64,000 nt of DNA from Yuukianura sp. NJ FZ-2021 (taxonomy: Eukaryota), in the NCBI GenBank assembly GCA_046563655.1, contig CM102290.1, positions 13,764,001 to 13,828,000 of the forward strand. Direction: 5' to 3'. This document shows positions 12,639-24,800 of the stretch, piece after piece. A program made the translations under genes and the position numbers. Under the pieces are notes generated by a model. It was not told where the DNA came from and ran no database searches. It saw only the letters and a list, made by a program, of their open reading frames with translations. Each line of letters opens with the position of its first letter. The first letter of the stretch is position 1.

Positions 12639-13323
12639 TACCGCGTAAAATATCAAAAGAGTGACAAATTTTATTTTATTTTAAAGACAAAAGAATATTT
12701 TTAAAAAGAAACTAGTTCCATTTTTTTTTTCAAAAAAAGCAAACCGTATTTAGAATTCCATTTGTGTAGGTTTTGGTGAAAGTCGTGGTGAAAGTTGTTA
12801 TTGTTAAGAGCCACATGACATTTGGCTGTGTTTCAAGGCTTGTGAGGCGCTGGTTAATTGGGCGAATCTTTGCGTCTTTGCCACAACAGGTACAATATTG
12901 AAAAAAAATTGCTAAAGAGAAAGGATGGCATTATGAAGTGCATTATTTCGTTGGACTTTTATGAAGTGACTTGGCTTTGAATTGGATTAGTAGCTGATAG
13001 GTTGGGGCAAAGCGATTGGACTGAAGCGATTCAACCAAGACCTGAGTCCTTGATCATCATGTCGGAAACTGGCTTTGGATTTTGACCGAGCAGCGAAGCG
13101 TGATGGATGAGGTTGGGGAAAGAAGGATTAGAGACTGGGAGACCAGAGCTATCAACAAAAGAGCCCAAATTATCTTTGATCTTATTCCGAAGACTGATCC
13201 ACACATTCCTCATCCATGCCCAAAAGCACACAACTTTCACCTTACAACTTTCTCTTCCTTGCCACGACCACGCATAATTCTATCACAACAAACTCAGAAC
13301 CACAACACCAGCACGGTTCCAGG

Positions 13324-13420
13324 CAGGGTTGATTTGGTTTAAACCAGTTGATTTAAACCACGGTTTAAACCATGGTTTAAACCAAGTGGTTCTTTTCTAC
13401 TAAAAACGAAGTTTAAATTA
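13324..13420. mobile_element. Left end of a probable hAT-like MITE with (GG)TTTAAACC subterminal repeats
   Basis: CAGGGTTGATTTGGTTTAAACC followed by three more TTTAAACC units; matching right end not found. Confidence 0.45.
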
Positions 13421-14959
13421 ACCCCAAAATTTAAGACCCGAACGCCTTTGTGAAAAGTTATACGTTTTTGCAAAAAATTGCATCAATTTTTTTTTCCAAT
13501 TCTCTGTTTTCACTCATTCAGGCTGATTTGTCTAAAATTGTCTGAGTTCACATTAAGATTTACAATGTTCAAGCAGTTTAGAAAGGACGTTAGCCAATTA
13601 TACTTGTAAAAACACGCCAACGTTGTCTCATATTGAAGTTGTCGGCTACAGGATTGTCGGTTTTTCATTGTCGGCTTTTGGATTGTCGGATATGACAACT
13701 AAGGAGCATCTCTACCTCTAAAACATGTTTGGTTTTTTTTTCTAAACTTGATCGCCTCCATTCAAACAAGGCACGTTGCTAGGATCTTTTACTTTTTATT
13801 TTTTTGAACAAAATTTCAGCCCTTATAAAATCTAAAGTCTGAAAAAGAAAGGAATCCCTTGGGTGATGAAAGAAAAAATAATCACTCCTGCTTGTCCAAA
13901 ATTTTTTTAACAAACGACTATTTCTATCTTTTTTAAACCAAAAAATGAACCACAAATCCTCATAGGAAAAGAAAAGAGCAACTTTCCTCTCTCCTTTGAA
14001 ATCCACCAGTTTTCTTTTCCAACTTAATTTTCATTTTTTGTGCAACTTTTAGTTGGCAATGCTCAAAATGTAAAAAAAGATCAAGACACACTGAAAAAAA
14101 AGCATTAGGAATTACTAATTTTGTCTTTTTTCAGTCGAATTTTTTAAGATTCTTTGATACTTTGTAAGATTTTTTGAAACTGAAAATATTCTTTGATTCC
14201 TTTTGTAGAAAAGTATTTTCAAAAAGAGTTTTTTTTTAAAAAAAAAGAGGAAAAGTTTCTATTTCTTCTTTCAAATCTGTTCTATTTCTGTCTCAATATT
14301 ATTTGGAAAACAATTTGAAAAGACTAGAGTGAACAAGTGAATTGACAGGAAATAAAGAGAAATTCGAAATCTATGGATAAATCGTTCCAACCTTGGGAAA
14401 AGTCTTAGGCAATAACATCTTCGCACAAGTACTTCCTTTGTTGCATTGAATAAAAAGTAGTAGAAGTTTAGCGGTGGTAAAAATATCCATTAACTGCCTA
14501 GCAACCAACTCAACCGGAAAATGCTTAGCAATAAATAAAATCTTCTCTCTTAGATTCCAACTGATTCCTTGAAAACGGAGGATAAAGCAGTTTGAAAGTA
14601 CTTATAAAACAGGAAGTGAAAGTTTTGTACAGAAACCCAAATAGGATTTCAAAAGGGAAAAAAATCCAAACTGCTCTACATGCATTCATTATTCATTTTT
14701 TGTTAGGGAAAACGGAGGAAGTAACCACTAGTATTCCAGTTCCGGTCATCATTTATTAAAATAATACCCGCTTTCGGACAAAAAGTTACGCAACTTGCCA
14801 ACAATCATGTAAATTGAATCTACTTTCCACATGTTCATTACACATTACATGGTCAAAATATTTTTAGTTAAAATTTGTATTTAAAAGTTCGAATCTAATC
14901 TAAAATTACATATAAAATACAAATTTTCGAGGGAAAAATACACCTCGACTACTAACTTC

Positions 14960-15245
14960 CAAGGTCCGTAAACAAAGAAAATGGTTTCTTCTGCATAGGT
15001 TGTCTACTAACTCGGGTTTTTCAATTTCGTAATTTTAAAAAGTGAAAACGGATAAACAATTTTTGACTTTTGTCCACTTTTTTTTTACATTCTTATGCGA
15101 TTTAGTTTGAAAAAAATTGGGGGAAAAGAATAAATAAAACTGTGGGAAAATGGGAAGAAAAATTGTTTGAAGCAAGATTTTTGAAAACCCCAAGTTATTG
15201 GACAACATATTTTAGGAAACACAATTTGTTAGTCAAGAAACCTTG
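14960..15245. mobile_element. MITE family B
   Basis: CAAGGTCCGTAAAC...GTCAAGAAACCTTG; CTAACTTC present on both flanks (offset by one base on the right). Confidence 0.8.
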
Positions 15246-17620
15246 CCTAACTTCAGTTGAGGTTTACAAATTCTAATAAACGCCGGGTGTAAAAACTGAG
15301 ATTTTGAGTAAACTTCCGAACCTATACTTTGAAATTTTTGAGTAAAACGCCGTAATGTAAAATTTGAGATTTTGAGTACACGCGTTATAATTTTATTACA
15401 CGTTTATTACAAGTTTTACGTAATGCTGTTATGTTAGTCAAAAGCAAATTTTTATTTGTTAAAAGTAAGAATAAGCTGCCCACCACTTTAGTGTTTATTG
15501 CCAACGCTGCTGGGGTTTACCGCGGTTTGCATTGAAAAACTATCATAACTAATTCAGTTATTTTCGGCTGCGGCTCAAAATTAACCTAACCTGCTGAAAA
15601 GTAATGAATTATGACAGGATGAATTGAACCGTAGTTGAATCAAGTTCCGTTTCGTGTTTGTGGAACAGCGTGTGTTGTGTTTGTTTTGTAAAGATTAATT
15701 TGAGAGAGGAAGGAGGTAGGAAATCTGGTTTAATTACTCACAGCAAGTCCTGGAGTTGACAGGACAATCTGGAGAGAAAGCAGAGAAGAAGCACAACTCA
15801 CCGCCCTAGTTCGGATGCACGCTTAAACACGTTTGAAGTCACGGAGCGGAAGTTTGTTCAAATTCAAGTGAAACACTTATGAGAAACACTCCCAACCTGC
15901 CTTCTTAGGAAACTCCCACGGTCTACAGTTATAAACTGCGCTCAACTTTGGAATTTCTTGGATTGACAAATTACCAATTTCTGTTTCGCTCACCGGACCA
16001 AAATGGATTTGATAGAAAAACTTTGGTCAGTAAATCTTGCGGTTTGGAAGGACAGGTAAACGTGATTATGGTCGATAATTAGACTTTAGTAACGGAAAGT
16101 CAAGAGCGACTGGCGACACTGGCTGGAGGGGTTTCGCGCAGAGTGTGGCTGGACGTAGATTCAAACGCTTACTAACGCTGGAGAGAGTGGCTGGAACAAG
16201 TTGAGGTTGCAATAATGGGCGCAAACGGAGAGAAAACGGATTCCAAGCGCAGCAGCACAGCGGGTGAAAACCTTTCTCTTTCTCTCTTTCTCTCGCTCTC
16301 CAATGCAAAACAATGTAAAAGTTTACTCTTATGCATCAGGTTAACAAATCATTTAAAGTAATACATTGAAGAGTAGTTTTTAAATATAATGTAAGAACTT
16401 TCTTCAATCTCTGCCTTAACTTTAGTAAATGCCGTCTCGATGAGGATAACAATGCTGCTTACGCACTTCTTAACAAAAAAAATCAAAATCGTGGAAGAGT
16501 TCACGAGACTGCTGATAATTTAAAAAAAAAGTAAAGTATAAAAGTTACACCCAATTTCATGTTTAAGAATTTCAACATTTACGAATCGTTTTTAAGTCTA
16601 AGTTGTCAAAACTTTATGTTAAGTTTCCATCAAAAAAATTTCGTACGTGGGTGACATATTGGTTGATTAAAGAAAAGTTTTGCGGACTAAAAAATTAGAC
16701 AGGGTACCAAAATTTTGATAATTTGATGAAGCCAAATTTTTTTTTGGAGTCGTGGTCTCATACATTTTGTTTGAATGGAATGATCAGAGTGAGTGCAGTT
16801 TGTTGGAAAACAATTAAGCAATGACGAACGGAGTGGAAAGTTGGAATTGTAAAGTTTTACCTCCAAATCCCAACGATGACGGTGAGAAAATGTTTGGAGC
16901 GACAGAAAGTTTTGGAGCGCGGAAACTGAAGAAAGTGAAAGTCATTTGCTCAAAGCGAGCTGAGCAGTCTGTATGTTCAAGTAAAAGTTAAAGTTATTGA
17001 GGCCTTACGACTTTTCAACCAACTTTTTCTCCTTCAAAGCCTGTTTGGTAAGTAAGTTTGTGCCTCTTCCGTCAGGACCAATTCCTTGGATATGTTTTAC
17101 ATTGAAGTTGATGAAGATTGACAAATCCTGGAGGAGGGCGGAGAAAGTTAGGCTCAGCTTTCACCACTACATCCTCTTTGGCCAAATTGGATTAGACTCT
17201 AATTACTCGGGATTGTCTCAAGAAAGTTTCCTCGTCCTTCAAACACCTCCTTTCAACATTTCCTGTCCTTAAGGGCCCTCCTTAAGGACCATCTTCTGAA
17301 ATGCAGGGGACACAAAATTCTCGCTTCCTCTATTAGATTTAAGGCTACCCAGAAGTCTATCACATTAAAAACCATTTCCCTACTGTGAAAATGACATGCA
17401 CGCGTTGATGAACAATTTGCGAAAGTAAAAACTTTCCAGCCACAAATCTCTAACTTTCAAAAAAAAAAAAATGAAAACCATTTTGATTAAAAATATATCA
17501 AAAAGATTTTGATTAAAAAACACTTTTGTAACATTTTGCTAATTTTTCTCGTTCTCGTTCGAGTTCCACTCTCCTTCTCCAGATTCATAGAACTTAGTAA
17601 TTCATTTTTTACAATTTCAT

Positions 17621-17885
17621 TTAAAAAGTAGCGATAGCTACTTAATGCATTGACTATGTCTATCTGTCTGTCTGTCTACCCGTCTGTCTGTCTGTGTGTC
17701 TGCCTGTCTGTCCGTCTGTCTGTGTGTCTGCCCGTCTGTTTGTCTGTCTGCCTGCCTGTCTGTCTGTATGTCTGTCTGTCTCTATGCTCTACGTATGCCG
17801 TGGCGCACTACTATTCTCCATAGTGTACTAGGTCAAAGGTCAATGTGCCTTGCGCTACTTTTGTACACTCATATGCAACATTTTG
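17621..17885 (+). mobile_element. DINE-1/HINE-like (Helentron-associated) element
   Basis: 5' AAGTAGCGATAG-CTACTT, long (GTCT/GTCY)n tract, 3' inverted CTTGCGCTACTT. Confidence 0.7.
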
Positions 17886-18387
17886 CTGAAACTGGAATTC
17901 ACAGCTACGATTACTTCCACATCGTAGTAGTGTTTGAAGCTAGACAAAGTGAAGGGTAATTAAAACAAAGTACGTTTTACGCTGTGCAATAAAAATGGAA
18001 ATACTAAATAGGAAGTTACGTGCTGTACTTTTTATTTGTCCTGTTCTTCATTATCGTTTCAATTCAACAGAGTAGTTTTAATCTTGAATTTGAAAAGAAA
18101 GCAGCGTTTTGGTGAAGCAGCGACTAATGAATTACGGATCTCCAGTTGTAATTAATCCCTTCAAACCTTAAGGCGCGGCTGACACACTACATGAGCCTAG
18201 AGATGAGCTTTCTTCCATTGAAAGTAAAGCCTGGAACAAAAGACTCTCAAACTGGACTTGGGCAAAACTAAATCCACGTTCATCTCCATTCTTCATTTGC
18301 AATAGACCTTGAAGTTGTGCTTGTTTCGTTAGGTTCTGTCACCTTGAAGTAGGACAATTCAAAATATACACAGAACTTTATACGGTA

Positions 18388-18793
18388 CAGTCAAACCTCT
18401 CATTTCTAAACTTTTTTTTTCTGAGTCACATGACGGCGTAATACTGTAAAAGATAACTTTTGGCGTAATTTTGAGCCGTGAAGTAGTTTTAAATGATGGA
18501 CAGACGTGCCAAAAATATTTACTAAAACCAGCGAAATATTTAAATAAATACAATATTTACTGTAAAAACTCGAAATATTTACGAACTGAGCATTAAGGGC
18601 ATGGGTAAGTAAATAAATATTTAGTAATAAAAAGAGCCAAAATATTGGTGTTGTTAACATTCCTAAAATTGTGAACTAAATATTTTTGGCACGTCGGGTG
18701 ATCGAACACTTCCACTGCACTGAATTCAGAATGTTTACGGTAGAGGTGATAAACAACCAATTAGAGCGAGTTTAGGAATGAGAGGTTTGACTG
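18388..18793. mobile_element. MITE family A variant with nested family C element at 18501-18697
   Basis: TA|CAGTCAAACCTCTCATTTCTAAACT ... AGTTTAGGAATGAGAGGTTTGACTG|TA; inner CAGACGTGCCAAAAATATTTA ... TAAATATTTTTGGCACGTCGG. Confidence 0.85.
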
Positions 18794-19489
18794 TATTTTC
18801 ATGTTTAAAAAAATTTTTTAGCTAAGTGTTTTGTTTACTATCAGAAAGTGGACAAAAATTAAAATTAATAATTTATGGACTCCAAACTTTCTGGAGCGGA
18901 AGCAGTTTGTTTACAAATGTGTAGAAAAAAATGATTGCATAAATCTTCTAAAAGTTGTTTACTGTAGTCGAGAAATGTTGGCTGACATGGAAATCTGAAG
19001 ATTTCGACAGCTTGAAAGAAAATGATGTGATGATTATGATCCGTTCCGAGAAAATATTCGTCATTGTTTTTCTTTTCAGTGGAAGTTATTACATTGTAGT
19101 GAATTCTGTCAAGTGGAAAGTAAACGACTAACAACAGTGGACATGTGTCAGGACGGAGGCAGACGGGAGATGACCATTGGACAATAAATGCTGCCGACGT
19201 CCACGAGGACCAACGCCTGTGTGACAAATTGGTCCAGACACAGCGGATGATGACAAATCTGCTTGGATAGACAAAAACAACAATTTAGCTAAGGTATTAC
19301 AGACCAATCGGAACTTACAAGTTGTGATTGCGCAAGTCCGACCTTTACGAATTTGTTGACGTAAAGTGGCCAAGCGTGGGAAGAAATTTGGTTGCTCCAG
19401 TGAAAAAAACCGACGCTACTTTGAATGCGTCTTTTCCAGTTTTATCCGCATTAGCACTTAGGTGTGTGAAGCACTTTATTGCTTAAAAC

Positions 19490-19805
19490 CAAGGTTCCTT
19501 GACAACGGAATTGTAATTCTTGCAACAGGTTGTCCCATAACTCAGGGTTTTAAAAAAATCTGGCTTCAAACAACTTTTAGCACCAATTTTGTTTATACAT
19601 TTTCCCCATTTTTTTTCAAACCTTGAACACTTGAAATCGCCATCGCCTAGGAATAAAATAAAAGTGAAAAAAAAATTCAAAAATTGTCAGATGGAGGCGA
19701 AGTTTAACCCGTTCGGTTTTTGGAAATTTTGGAAAAAAAATTGAAAAATACGTGTTATTGGACAACCTGGTGTAGAAAAAACATTTTTTTTGTTTACGAA
19801 CCTTG
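19490..19805. mobile_element. MITE family B with perfect 8-bp TSD
   Basis: CTTAAAAC|CAAGGTTCCTTGACAAC...TTTACGAACCTTG|CTTAAAAC. Confidence 0.9.
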
Positions 19806-21896
19806 CTTAAAACTATGTGCTTCCCATAATTGCCGTTTTACGTAATAATGGTGAAGATGTGTGCCAGAGGATATTGTGATCTGAAAAAGATGTGCGAATA
19901 AATGGGACTGACTGGATCGTAAATCCTACTTTGGTTCCATTTTGGATTTTCACTGAGATCTTTAAATGGATTTTGATAAGGAGCCCCTCGAAGGTGAAAG
20001 TGGCCTTGGATCTGTTGAGTAGAAAGAATTCGCATCAACTCACTTATTCTTAAGGCTGGAGGGGACTTGAACAGGAGTTTTTGGTTGAAACTATAATTCT
20101 GAATTCCGAGAGTACTTTGGGCAGGACTGTGATGACGACTGTGTGTTACCAAACAGAAGTTTTGGTTATGTCTCGAGAGGGCCTTTTGAAGGCGGAAGGA
20201 ATGAGACTTAAGGGAGGTGTTCTTTCTGTGGAACTTTCTCCGGAGAAAGAAGGCCAAGTGGAATTACTCCTACTGTGGTAATAGTTCCATTCGCCACACC
20301 CAAGCAACAGGTTATATGGACCACAACGGCAGTACTTTTATGTTCCCATGATGCTGCAACATAACACTACAAAAATACTGCCACAGTAAGCAAAATTCCA
20401 TCTTGTGACCCATGGACTTCACAGCTCTAGTGCCTCCTTCTATTGCAGTTGAAAGAAATAGAAACCGAAACGGGTTTTTTACATTAACTCCAGTCTAGAC
20501 ACTTTTCCTTTAGTTAATTTCCGTATTCCAAACACTGCCGAGATTTTTACCTAATAGGTCACGGATGTCAAAAATATTTAGTCTCCATGCTCGTAATGTT
20601 AACCAAGAAAAATATATGCGGGTTTTTCGATAATAAACATTTATTTGTTTGCCCATGCCCTTAATGTTAAATCAGTAAATACTTGGGTAATTTTTTAAGA
20701 AAATGCTTTTTTTGGCCAATAATCTAAGCAGACTAAATCAGACACCATGCTTAGATTTTGACTTGCTTAGATTTTGGTGTGCTTAGATTTTTGTTGCTTA
20801 GATTATGATCACGTTCTTGGATAACGCGAATTACATTTGAAATTTGGACATTTGTTTTGCTATTACTCTTCAGGAATTGGAATTAGTTGCACTATGAAAA
20901 TTGATGTAAATGATATTCACCGGAAAATGTTCTAATAATCGTAATTGCGCAATTTGCGAAAACTAAGTTTGTTCACACTGGATTAGTTCATCATCTTGTT
21001 TGCGTACAAATTAAATTCAGTTCAATTTTATTGTCTTTGTAAATAGAAACTTTTCCTTGTCAATTTGAGAGACGCAGGACGCACTTGCCGCGAAAATTCA
21101 AAGTTTCAAATAAAAACAACAATTGCAAATGGCAAAATGACAAAACTGGCAAAACTATTTACAATATCCCCAATTGCCATTTTAATTATATATAAATCAT
21201 AGTAAAATATAGTGTAATAATAAGTAAATACATTAAATTAACAAACAATAAAGTTCAATAAAAATTGTTTTACATTTATATACAATTTTCATAGCAAAAG
21301 AAAGGTGTTGAAATTGAGTGCGGTACTAAACGATAATTGTGACGAGTTGTATTTTGTATTTTAAGATTCAGCGTTTTGCAATACACTTGTCAATTTGCCA
21401 TGCCTTTTGCAAGTCCATCAGAAAATCAAGTTTCGAAGTTTACCTTTCATTTTTTAGTTTCATTCGTTTACTGTTTACTGGCTTCGCCTTGTTTGAATTT
21501 TTGTAAACTTTCAAGAAGACTGATCAAAGTCATTGTTTTTTTTACATTTATTGCTCTAGGATTTTTGGTACGACTGAAAATGACTTTTGACTTGTTGAAC
21601 AAAATACTAATTGATTTCATATGATTTCTTGCAGAGGAAATTTGAGAGGACTGCGGTACAACTGGAACTGGAAGTGTTTATGACATTGGTTCTTTATCCT
21701 GCGTAACACTCCCTGATCCTCCCTGGAGTTTCCTACGTTTGCAAGTAAGCAGAAGCCGATATTGATAAATCCAGACCTGGAATAAACACAATTAGTCATT
21801 AACTTGTTACTAACAAGTTGTTAGTTTAATTTATGAGTTCTATTTGGACTTTTAGGAACTGTAAAGCGATATAGGATTGACAGATAAAACGTTAAA

Positions 21897-24800
21897 ATGG
21901 ACCTCGCCGGAGACGTAAGACGTGAAGAAGTCAAAATTTATATCGTTATTCAACTCTAACTGTAACTGGCGTTATTATTTTAAAGCAGGAAATACAGCAG
22001 CTGGAAATCTTATGTAAGCATCTGTACGAATCAAGTGATCCGGTCCAAAGAACAGAGGCAGAGAAGGCGCTGGTTAACTTTCAGGTACTGCAGGTTATTA
22101 AGTTACATACATCATATGACCTTAGCAATTGTGGATATTCTTTTCCTTTAGAATTCTCCTGATTCACTCGTGAAATGTCAAATGTTACTGGATCGTGCTC
22201 ATTCCTCGTATTCCCAGCTGCTTGCAACAACAACTCTCACAAAATTAATTTCTCGACCAGCCCAAGTCATTACGTTACAGCAAAGAGTTCAAATCCGTAA
22301 GTCAATTAACTACAATCTGATTATCCAACTGAAGAAAAAACTAGAATCTTTCTATAACGTCGTTACAGGAAACTATATCTTATCGTACTTGGCAAGATCC
22401 AAGCTGGATAACTACGTTGTGCAGGCTTTGACGACCTTGTTCGCCAGAGTTACCAAATTGGGATGGTTTGATCAAGACAAAGACGAATTCGTATTTCGAA
22501 ATGTTATCAGTGATGTAGGCAACTTCCTACAGGTAAAGTCAATCATCTGTTCTGGAAACACTGTTTATAATGTGACAATTGCAATATGATTTGTAACAGG
22601 GCTCAGTAGAGCACTGTACCATTGGAGTCCAAATACTTGGGGCCCTCACAAGTGAAATGAATCAAGTGTCAGAATCAGAGGCAAATCGGTCTTTGACAAA
22701 ACACAGGAAGATTGCCTCCTCTTTTCGTGATCAACAACTTTTCGAAATATTCCGTCTCTGCTGTACCTTGCTCAAAACTACACTTGAGAGCGGTCTGAAA
22801 ACAATGGGATTCGATGATCCACTGCAGGTTAGTACATTTTGAATTAAGTTTCATATTTTTGTTATCACCTATTTTAAGACTAAGTTCAACTTGCAGCTTG
22901 CTTTGGTCAATCACCTACTTCGCCTTGGTCACAACTGTTTGACATTCGACTTTATTGGAACTTCCACTGATGACTCGTCTGATGATCTCTGTACAGTTCA
23001 AATTCCTACAAATTGGCGTCCCGCCTTTCTAGATTTCTCCACACTCGAACTGTTCTTTGACTTATATCACACTTTACCGTCGACCCTTTCACCCATGGTA
23101 AGTCGTGTATTTTGATTCGCTGATTTGTCGAAGATTTGTCGTTTGACATGGAATTTAACATTGACATGTCAACAGGCACTCTCATGTCTTGTTCAAATTG
23201 CTTCCGTACGGCGGTCACTGTTCAGTAATGCGGAACGAGCCAAATTTCTCACCCATCTCGTCAATGGCGTCAAATACATTTTACAGAATCCGCACGTAAG
23301 TTAATCGTACATTTTGCAAGTAGATTAGCTAATTAAGTTCGATTGGCTGCCAAATCGCTGTAATCATGAGCATGACTTATTTCGAATTTTACATTTATTA
23401 GGGCTTGAGCGATCCCAACAACTACCACGAATTCTGCCGATTACTTGCGAGACTTAAATCCAATTATCAACTCGGGGAACTGGTGCTCGTTGATAGTTAC
23501 CCTGAGGCTATTCAGTTAATTGCAAAGTTCACAATTGACAGTTTACGGGTAAGGTTCCTTGTAAAATGGTCAACAACAATATGGTCAAAAAGTGAAAAGA
23601 TCAAACAAGAAAAGCTAGTCCAACCTGCAATTAAGTGGTTCACATTTTCCCGTTTTGATCAAATTGTTTTGACCATTTCGCCTGCTACGAATTTGAACGG
23701 CCATGTTGGTTGTTAGAAATCTTCTAACATTTATGTACACTTTTGTTAGCAAATGCTTCAAGTTGCTCCTAATAGCATTCACTACCTGCTGAGTTTGTGG
23801 CAAAGAATGGTTGCATCTGTACCTTATGTCAAGGCCACGGAGCCACACATGCTGGAAACTTATACTCCGGAAGTGTCCAGGGCTTATATCACTTCAAGAA
23901 TCGATTCGGTGGCGATTTGTATTCGGTACATTTCAAAATTATTCCAATATGTTCTTTTCATTTTTGAAGTTGTTCTTACTTTTTGGATTTGTAGTGAGTC
24001 CAACGATGATCCACTGGAAGATACTGCAATGGTAACACAGCAGTTGGAACAACTCTCCGTGATTGGTCGATGTGAATACCAAAAGACGTGTGGTCTTGTT
24101 GTTCAACTCTTTGACCAAGCAGCTCAGACTTACCAAGATTTGCTCCAAAGACAAAGTCCAACTCCTGTTGACCTCGCAATACAAGAAGGTTAGTTAATTT
24201 GAAATTCGCTGTTAGTTATAACTGATTAAGGTCAATAATTCATTGCTTATTCACTGCCGTTACTAAAGGTCAATTAGCATGGCTAGTTTACATAATCGGA
24301 GCAGCCATTGGGGGCAGAGTGTCGTTCAATTCGAACGAAGACTATGACAGTATGGACGGCGAACTCGTTTGCAGGTATGAAAGTTAACTTATGGCTGACC
24401 TGCAGGTCAACCTGCATAAAGTATGACCTGCAACATGTCATGTCTTGAAATTTGGTCACTTTTGTTGTAATTTTGCAGAGTATTGCAGCTGATGCAGCTA
24501 ACGGATTCTCGACTGCCGCAAGGAGGCTGTGAGCGTTTAGAACTGGCTTTTCTCTCATTTTTTGAACAGTTTCGGAAGATTTATGTTGGCGACCAAGTAC
24601 AAAAAGCATCCAAAGTTTATCGGCGTCTCTCTGAAGTTCTTGGCCTCACTGATGAAACTATGGTTCTAAGTGTTTTCATCCGGAAGATGTAAGGCTTTAT
24701 TTTTAGTGTTTGTTTGTGATGTTAAGAAAGCGGGACTAAATACTTTTTCGCTGCTTTGTTGTTAGAATCACCAACTTAAAGTTCTGGAGCCGATGTGAAC

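Noticed and set aside
17696..17959. Ser/Val/Cys/Leu repeat ORF
   Set aside because: Translation of the (GTCT)n microsatellite of a HINE-like element.
19838..20420. 139-aa minus ORF and neighbouring coding-looking sequence
   Set aside because: Non-ATG start, upstream frames closed by stops, no recognisable motif; a decayed gene cannot be excluded without BLASTX.
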